Below are positions 46,161 through 51,960 of a stretch of 51,960 nt of DNA, one piece after another (within the stretch, counting starts at the first letter, position 1; each line of letters starts with the position of its first letter). A program made the translations under genes and the position numbers. This stretch comes from an uncultured Bacillota bacterium (GTDB taxonomy: Bacteria; Bacillota_I; Bacilli_A; RF39; UBA660). Where the stretch lies: contig CANATJ010000002.1 in the NCBI GenBank assembly GCA_947364595.1, positions 1 to 51,960 of the forward strand, written 5' to 3'. Below the pieces are notes generated by a model. It was not told the origin of the DNA, ran no database searches, and was given only the letters and a program-made list of their open reading frames with translations.

Positions 46161-47144
46161 CTAAAATTTACTTAGTTTTTTTACTTGCTTGCTCATTATT
46201 TTTGCCCCATTTTCTAAACTAGCTTCATAATGATCAAACACATCCTCTAAAACAGCATCTCCCATAAGAACATCATTAACATGATTATTAATTTCTTTCT
46301 TTAAAGATAATGAACCCTTTTCATAAGTTTCAAATAAAGCAGTTGCCAATAAAGAAGATACAATATATGTTTCATCAACAATAGTATCAAAAGCACTTTC
46401 CTCATTATAATCTTGATTAATTTTATCAATAATATCCTGTTTTATATTTAAAATTCTTCTTAACTTAGTTAGTAAAAGTAATTCTCCAGAATCATCCAAA
46501 TCCAAAGCTGCCACTCTTTCCATAAAAATCGGCAAAGCTTCACTATATAACAAGTTTAAAACATTTCCTTTATGTCTATTTATTAACGCATGAGTCATTT
46601 CATGAACATAAATAGTTTTAGCCATATCATCACATGATCCAAAAACAGATATTTCATTTGTACAAACAGGCATATTTTCAAAAAAAGCATCTTTTAAATT
46701 CTTTGATCCATAAAACCAAGTAGATAGTACATGTCCATTTTTACTTTTGTCAACATCTATGTTAAGTGGAATATCCGTAACATTCCTTAACTCAACATGA
46801 TTTTTTACATAATCAATTACTTGGTTATATTGTTCCTCTTTAATATAAGGTCCAAAACGAGCCATTAACTGCGTTGACAAATCATCACCATTAGTATATG
46901 GAATTCTTAAATCTATATCATCCATATGCTTTTCTATTACATATTTACCCGCACTTAATAATTCGTTCTTATCACAAAATAAATATTTAAGGCGCTTATC
47001 TTTTTTGGTTAGTAAATTACTTAACATAACTTCCCTTAACTTTTGATATTCCAATGTTTCAAAAAACGCCGTTTGAAAACTCTCATATTTATAAAAAAGC
47101 ATCTTTATTTTTAATCTATGTTTTTCGTTAGCAGTAAGCTCCAT
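46161..47144 (-). CDS. cytoplasmic HExxH (HEMTH) protein, paralog A
   Basis: Contains AKTIYVHEMTHALINRHKGN...SEALPIFMERVAALDLD. RBS aaggaggg. Its own promoter is TTGACA (47195-47190), a 16-nt spacer, then TATAAT (47173-47168). Confidence 0.6.
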   Translation of the reverse strand: MELTANEKHRLKIKMLFYKYESFQTAFFETLEYQKLREVMLSNLLTKKDKRLKYLFCDKNELLSAGKYVIEKHMDDIDLRIPYTNGDDLSTQLMARFGPYIKEEQYNQVIDYVKNHVELRNVTDIPLNIDVDKSKNGHVLSTWFYGSKNLKDAFFENMPVCTNEISVFGSCDDMAKTIYVHEMTHALINRHKGNVLNLLYSEALPIFMERVAALDLDDSGELLLLTKLRRILNIKQDIIDKINQDYNEESAFDTIVDETYIVSSLLATALFETYEKGSLSLKKEINNHVNDVLMGDAVLEDVFDHYEASLENGAKIMSKQVKKLSKF

Positions 47145-47231
47145 AAAGACCCTCCTTTTAAAGGAATATTATAACCATTTTCAAAATTATGTCAAGAAAA
47201 AAGCCTAATATATAGGCTTTAATATAAATAA

Positions 47232-47672
47232 TCAGTTAGCTTTTTTACACTCAAAATCTTTACTACGCATTTTATTAAAAAACTTAATAGAATTTTTTCT
47301 TAGTTCGAATTCTTTTAATATATCTTCATCAGTATTTTGAACATCTATATAATATTTAAGCTCATATTCTTTTTCACTATCTTTAGATACCGTTATTTTA
47401 ATACTTTCATTACCAGCATATTTTTTATTGTATTCTAAAGCACTTTCTTTAATATCTAAAATTGTTTTTATACCTTCTTCATCTAATGCTTTATATGTTT
47501 TTATATAAACTACATTAAGTAATTTATCTTCGTTATTATAAGTAGTATCAATTGTAGTGTTATCAGAAATATGAAAAGTCTTTATGCTAGTTTTACATGT
47601 TCTATTAAAATCTTCATTTTTAAAACAACCAGTTAAACACAAAATCAAAAACAAAAGTAAAATTTTTTTCAT
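47232..47672 (-). CDS. small lipoprotein
   Basis: The signal is MKKILLLFLILCLTGC (lipobox LTGC). Its start overlaps the tex stop (ATGA). A terminator at 47196-47220 follows. Confidence 0.7.
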   Translation of the reverse strand: MKKILLLFLILCLTGCFKNEDFNRTCKTSIKTFHISDNTTIDTTYNNEDKLLNVVYIKTYKALDEEGIKTILDIKESALEYNKKYAGNESIKITVSKDSEKEYELKYYIDVQNTDEDILKEFELRKNSIKFFNKMRSKDFECKKAN

Positions 47673-49825
47673 GATTTTACCACCTTTGGCTCTAACAAAG
47701 ATAATGAAACCTTTTCCTTATCATACAAAATATCATCAACATAACAATCAACAATGTCACCAACACTTACAACTTCATTAGGATGTTTAATAAATCTATC
47801 TGTAAGTTTTGATATATGAGCCATACCATCATTATGTAAACCAATATCAATAAATACCCCAAACGGTGCTACATTACGAACAGTCCCTTGTAATTTCATT
47901 CCTATTTTTAAATCCTTAATATCTAAAATATCACTTTTTAAAATAGGTTGTGGCATTGTATCCCTAGGATCTCTATTTGGTTTTTTTAAAGAGTCTATAA
48001 CATCTTTTAAAGTATACTTGTCAGTGTTTAAAATACTAGCATACTTATTAACATCAATTTCATCTAACTTAGAAGAAAGATCCCCAGTTCCTATCTTAGA
48101 TAAATCCATATTTATTTCATTTAATAAGTTTAAAGCAACATCATAACTTTCAGGGTGTATTGCTGTTGCATCTAAAACATTTTCACCTTCACTAATTCTT
48201 AAAAAACCAATAGCTTGCTGATAAACCTTATCACTAAGTAATTTAGCTTTTTTAATCTCACTTCTAGAATTAATTTTTCCATTATCTTCACGATATTTAA
48301 TTATTTTATCAATATTTCTTTTACTCATACCAGAAACATATTTTAAAAGTGAAAAAGAAGCAGTATTAACATTAACTCCAACACTATTAACAGCTTTAGT
48401 AACCACAAAATCTAAAGATTGTGATAAATCCTTACTAGGTACATCATGCTGATAAGAACCAACCCCCATACCTTCTGGTGGAATCTTAACAAGTTCAGAA
48501 AGTGGATCTTGAAGTCTTCTTCCAATACTAACCGCACTTCTTTCATTAGGTGATAAATCAGGAAATTCATCACTAGCCACCTTTTCAGTTGAATATATAG
48601 ATGCGCCAGCTTCTGAAACTATAACGTACTTACAATTTAAATTATATTCCTTAATCATTTCAGCACAAAACTTTTCACTTTCTCTACTAGCAGTACCATT
48701 ACCAATTGAAATAATATCAACATTATATTTTTTAATTAGTGAAGCAACCTTTTCTTTACATTTTTTCAAAGCACCTTCATTGTTTTTTAAAAACGGTTTA
48801 ATTACTAATGATTCTAAATATTTACCATTTTTATCAATAATAGCCAATTTACAACCATTTACATATCCTGGATCAAAACCTAAAACTACATTATCCTTCA
48901 TTGGTGGTTGCATAAGTAAATTTTCCAAATTAAGTCCAAAATTATTAATTGCATCTTGGCATGCCTTATCAGTAAGTTCACTTCTAATTTCTCTTTCTAT
49001 AGATGGAAAAATCAACCTTTTATAACTATCGTTAATAGCATCATTAATCACATAATTAAAAGGTCCTTCTTTTTTTATACACTTTTCCTGTAAAAAAGAA
49101 ATAATTCTTTCTTTATCTACATCAATACTTACAGTAATTACCTTTTCTTTTTCTGCTCTATTAATAGCCATAATTCTATATTCTTTAGCATATTTTATCT
49201 TTTCGCTAAAATCATAATACATTTCATAAAGATTATTATCTATATTTTTCTTCTTCTTAGTAACAAAAGAGCCTGTATTATAAACAAAATTTCTAATCCA
49301 TTTACGATAAAAAGCATTATCACTTATCCACTCAGCAATAATATAACTAGCGCCCAACAAAGCCTCTTCATTAGATTTAACATTTTCATTTAAATATGGT
49401 TTTACCAAATCATCCAAAGATTTAGTAGTATAACTCATAATTTGTTTAGCAAGTGGTTCCAAACCATTTTTAATAGCCTCAGTAGCTTTAGTCTTTTTCT
49501 TTTCCTTAAATGGGCGATATAAATCCTCTACTTCAACTAATTTAGAGGCTTTCATAATTTGATCTTTAAGTTCTAAAGTAAGTAAACCCTTTTCATCAAT
49601 TAATCTAATAACATCTTCTTTCCTTTTTAATAGATTTACTTCATACATATAAACATCATTTATAGATTTAATTTGTTCCTCATCCAAATTTCCAGTAACA
49701 TCCTTACGATATCTTGCAATAAAAGGAATGGTATTACCTTCTTCTAGTAAAGATAAAGTTTTATAAATTTGCTCCTCTTTAACATTTAAATTATTACTAA
49801 TTTCTTTAATAATATTATCATTCAT
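47669..49825 (-). CDS. Tex-like transcription accessory protein (YqgF/RuvX-like, HhH and C-terminal S1 domains)
   Basis: Contains TIPFIARYRKD.TG, the YqgF-like region GFDPGYVNGCK, and the S1 domain GTVRNVAPFGVFIDIG. Confidence 0.9.
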   Translation of the reverse strand: MNDNIIKEISNNLNVKEEQIYKTLSLLEEGNTIPFIARYRKDVTGNLDEEQIKSINDVYMYEVNLLKRKEDVIRLIDEKGLLTLELKDQIMKASKLVEVEDLYRPFKEKKKTKATEAIKNGLEPLAKQIMSYTTKSLDDLVKPYLNENVKSNEEALLGASYIIAEWISDNAFYRKWIRNFVYNTGSFVTKKKKNIDNNLYEMYYDFSEKIKYAKEYRIMAINRAEKEKVITVSIDVDKERIISFLQEKCIKKEGPFNYVINDAINDSYKRLIFPSIEREIRSELTDKACQDAINNFGLNLENLLMQPPMKDNVVLGFDPGYVNGCKLAIIDKNGKYLESLVIKPFLKNNEGALKKCKEKVASLIKKYNVDIISIGNGTASRESEKFCAEMIKEYNLNCKYVIVSEAGASIYSTEKVASDEFPDLSPNERSAVSIGRRLQDPLSELVKIPPEGMGVGSYQHDVPSKDLSQSLDFVVTKAVNSVGVNVNTASFSLLKYVSGMSKRNIDKIIKYREDNGKINSRSEIKKAKLLSDKVYQQAIGFLRISEGENVLDATAIHPESYDVALNLLNEINMDLSKIGTGDLSSKLDEIDVNKYASILNTDKYTLKDVIDSLKKPNRDPRDTMPQPILKSDILDIKDLKIGMKLQGTVRNVAPFGVFIDIGLHNDGMAHISKLTDRFIKHPNEVVSVGDIVDCYVDDILYDKEKVSLSLLEPKVVKS

Positions 49826-49880
49826 ATTATCCCTTACTTTCTTATATAATTATACATTTTTTAAAATAAAAAGGAAAGAA

Positions 49881-51095
49881 TTATTTATTCAAATATTTCT
49901 TTCCCACCTTATTTTTAATAAGTGAAGCTTTCTTAATAACTGTAAATCCATACTTTTCCTTCAAATTATCAACAGTTTTTTCAAGATTTTTATTTTCCTC
50001 AATAATATTTAAACTTTCAAATAAAGATACCTGATGATTTGAACTATCCACCAAATTATCAAGTCTAATACCAATCAATCTAATTCCTTCACTAGTATCC
50101 ATTTCATCTAATATTCTTTTAGAAATTTCATATACTTCACTACTTAAATTAGTCGCATTAACAAGTTTCTTTTGATGACTAGTTCGTCTAAAAGTTTTAT
50201 CTTTTAAAGTAACTACTACAACATAAGCATATTTATTTTGCTTCCTAAGCCTTAATGTTACATTTTCCGATAACGCCAGCAAATAGGAATAAAGTTCCTC
50301 TTTATCAAAAATGTTATGATTTAAAGTCGTTTCATTCCCAATTCCTTTAGGATCATCTGATTCACTTTTAATAATATCGCTACTAATTCCATTAGCCCAA
50401 TTAATCATTTCAATAGCTTGATTTTTAAAATACTTATATAATTTATCTTTATCAGCTTTCGCTAAATCTTCAATTTTATCAATACCCAAACTATGAAGCT
50501 TTAAAGCTGTTTTTTTACCAACACCAAATAAATCATCAACTATAAGAGGCCACATTTTATCATGAACCTCATAATCAAACAAAGTATGAACTTTATAAGG
50601 TTTTGAAAAATCAGAAGCCATTTTCGCACATAACCTGTTATTAGCAATACCAACATTAACAGTAAAACCCAAAGTATCATAAATCTCTTTTTGCAATTTA
50701 TAAGCAAATTTTATTTCATCACCATATAAATGTTTAACTGGTGTATAATCCAAAAAACATTCATCAATACTCATCCTTTCAATATCAGGACTGTATTTAC
50801 TAATAAGTTTAAATAATTTATCACTCATGGTTTTATACCAATTATAATTAGGTGGATAAACTCTTAATGCCGGGCATAATTTTTTAGCTTGATAAATAGT
50901 TTGTGCAGTCACAACCCCCATCTTTTTAGCAGGTGTTGATTTAGCAAGAACAATGCCACTTCTATTTTTTTCATCCCCACCAATTATAGCGTAAGAATTT
51001 CTAATATCATATTTATATCCTTCTTTTAAAAGCAACACAGCTGTCCAGGAAAGAAAAGCATTATTAACATCAATATGCATAATAATTCGTTTCAT
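49881..51095 (-). CDS. Y-family DNA polymerase (DinB/Pol IV-like)
   Basis: Contains MHIDVNNAFLSW, SIDECFLD and GIANNRLCAKMASD, plus the little-finger region. No LexA box was seen upstream. Confidence 0.8.
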   Translation of the reverse strand: MKRIIMHIDVNNAFLSWTAVLLLKEGYKYDIRNSYAIIGGDEKNRSGIVLAKSTPAKKMGVVTAQTIYQAKKLCPALRVYPPNYNWYKTMSDKLFKLISKYSPDIERMSIDECFLDYTPVKHLYGDEIKFAYKLQKEIYDTLGFTVNVGIANNRLCAKMASDFSKPYKVHTLFDYEVHDKMWPLIVDDLFGVGKKTALKLHSLGIDKIEDLAKADKDKLYKYFKNQAIEMINWANGISSDIIKSESDDPKGIGNETTLNHNIFDKEELYSYLLALSENVTLRLRKQNKYAYVVVVTLKDKTFRRTSHQKKLVNATNLSSEVYEISKRILDEMDTSEGIRLIGIRLDNLVDSSNHQVSLFESLNIIEENKNLEKTVDNLKEKYGFTVIKKASLIKNKVGKKYLNK

Positions 51096-51315
51096 ATTAC
51101 CACCTCGTGCTGTATACCACTTTCATAGTATAACTATTATCAGTATAACATTTATTAATTTTAAAATCACCATGTTTTAATGATTTTTTAGATTTAAAAA
51201 TGACAATATTAAGTATCTGAACATTTTATTACCTAAAATATAAAATTTATATATAAATAATTTATCTAACTTTCTTTTTTTTAAATAAAAATTAATTTAG
51301 TTTTATTTAAAAATA

Positions 51316-51342
51316 ACGTCTTTTATAATCGTTCATAATTTA
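51316..51342 (+). promoter_or_regulatory. sigma-K-like promoter upstream of the collagen-like gene (AC-N16-CATAATTTA)
   Basis: AC at 51316-17, a 16-nt spacer, then CATAATTTA at 51334-42. This is about 32 nt before the ATG. Confidence 0.35.
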
Positions 51343-51374
51343 ATTTCTTCATACCTTATATTGGGAGGTGTAAT

Positions 51375-51740
51375 ATGAGTTGTAATAACGACATTTACGA
51401 ACGTGCCCTTAGAAAAATAAAATGCGATGAGCATTGTAAACCAACGTGTTGTCAAGGCCCAATTGGACCTACTGGACCAACTGGACCTGCTGGTCCTGGT
51501 GGTGGAAGTCAAGGTCCTACTGGTCCTACTGGCCCTCAAGGTGTTCAAGGAATCCAAGGCCCTACTGGTCCTACTGGCCCTCAAGGTGTTCAAGGAATCC
51601 AAGGCCCTACTGGTCCTACTGGCCCTCAAGGTGTTCAAGGTGAGATTGGACCTGCTGGTACAGTCCCTACCGTTTCAATAGGAACCGTTACTACTGGAGC
51701 CCCTGGCTCAAATGCTATTGTAACTATAACAAAATCATAA
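51375..51740 (+). CDS. short collagen-like (G-X-Y) protein with a Cys-rich N-terminal module (BclA-like spore-surface candidate)
   Basis: [27 protein letters not shown] is followed by about 23 uninterrupted GXY triplets ([15 protein letters not shown] x3). A 26-aa beta-like tail closes the protein. RBS gggaggtg. Confidence 0.8.
   Translation: MSCNNDIYERALRKIKCDEHCKPTCCQGPIGPTGPTGPAGPGGGSQGPTGPTGPQGVQGIQGPTGPTGPQGVQGIQGPTGPTGPQGVQGEIGPAGTVPTVSIGTVTTGAPGSNAIVTITKS
51511..51638 (+). repeat. 45-bp tandem repeat, about 2.8 copies, inside the collagen-like gene
   Basis: The unit ggYcctactggtcctactggccctcaaggtgttcaaggaatccaa repeats at 51511, 51556 and 51601. It is essentially identical at the nucleotide level. 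Confidence 0.9.
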
Positions 51741-51775
51741 ACAATTAAAAATAAATAAAGAAAGGAGGCAAAAAA

Positions 51776-51960
51776 ATGGATAAAGATATTACAAGTTATA
51801 AATTAAACTTTGTAATTCCTGAAGGTCAACCAGGTACTCCTGGTGCTGAGGGTCCAACTGGACCTGCTGGTGTTCAAGGTGATGTTGGTCCTACTGGACC
51901 TGCTGGAGCTATAGGACCTCAAGGTATTCAAGGTGAAGTTGGTCCTACTGGGCCTGCTGG
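51776..51960 (+). CDS. second collagen-like protein, 5' part (continues beyond the window)
   Basis: RBS aaaggagg. The translation is [62 protein letters not shown]... Confidence 0.8.
   Translation, partial: MDKDITSYKLNFVIPEGQPGTPGAEGPTGPAGVQGDVGPTGPAGAIGPQGIQGEVGPTGPA

Noticed and set aside
195-49025. Plus-strand track ORFs embedded antisense in conserved minus-strand genes: 195-431, 1312-1563, 4614-4802, 10376-10558, 17449-17760, 19760-20164, 23232-23567, 25560-25748, 31301-31549, 41414-41596, 45745-46044, 47584-47781 and 48780-49025. The minus-strand ORF 39907-40164 inside the U32 gene belongs with these.
   Set aside because: They have no RBS and low-complexity Ile/Phe/Leu/Ser-rich translations typical of AT-rich antisense frames. 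Each is fully overlapped by a gene with clear family motifs.
51096-51200. Search for a LexA/Cheo box (GAAC-N4-GTTC) upstream of the Y-family polymerase gene
   Set aside because: No such motif is present. Only a TTATACT direct repeat was seen, which is not interpretable.
51333-51681. Track ORFs 51333-51638(-), 51427-51681(+) and 51446-51643(+), with repetitive SRTSRAL / [13 protein letters not shown] / [10 protein letters not shown] translations
   Set aside because: These are alternative-frame and antisense readings of the GXY collagen repeat. Only the frame giving GPTGPQGVQ has an RBS (gggaggtg) and a sensible N-terminus.
1-51960. CRISPR arrays, IS elements, rRNA genes and restriction-modification or known defence-system genes
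   Set aside because: None were found on either strand. The only tandem repeat is the 45-bp collagen unit, and the only RNA gene is tRNA-Thr.

Overview
This is a very AT-rich window (by eye under 30% GC) from a low-GC, spore-forming Firmicute, with a Clostridia- or Erysipelotrichia-like gene repertoire. About 50 of roughly 57 genes are on the minus strand. The backbone is housekeeping: rpsP plus a KH protein, miaB, RNase J, dagK, sufCDS, ffh, mutL, rseP, cdsA, tsf, rpsB, rpsU plus yqeY, rsmD, ltaS, argS with a T-box leader, tex and a Y-family polymerase. Spore-coat and exosporium genes are interspersed: cotE, a cotD-like gene, ylbD/ylbE-like genes and two collagen-like genes.

Several accessory or unusual elements sit in this backbone:
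1. A two-peptide, double-glycine-leader bacteriocin-like pair below the ORF-track size cutoff. It follows a C39-peptidase ABC exporter whose start appears frameshifted (27018-29331).
2. A SipW-type signal peptidase fused to a roughly 260-aa polytopic membrane domain. It is flanked by a TasA/BsaA-like SipW-cognate secreted protein and a bitopic membrane protein (40185-43090).
3. Tandem paralogous cytoplasmic HExxH proteins of a family I do not recognise (45174-47144).
4. A convergent small hydrophobic peptide and antisense sRNA next to tRNA-Thr, with type I toxin-antitoxin architecture (19278-19514).
5. A terminator/antiterminator leader with an Arg-codon-rich mini-ORF upstream of an M20 deacylase (4225-4440).
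6. Three orphan prepilin-type genes with no assembly machinery nearby. One is fused to a large C-terminal domain and is co-oriented with a degenerate GGDEF (NGNEF) sensor.
7. Ribosomal protein S2 carrying a roughly 108-aa basic tail that ends in a Rho_N/SAP-like motif.

All family calls rest on motifs and remembered homologs read from the translations. No database search was possible.
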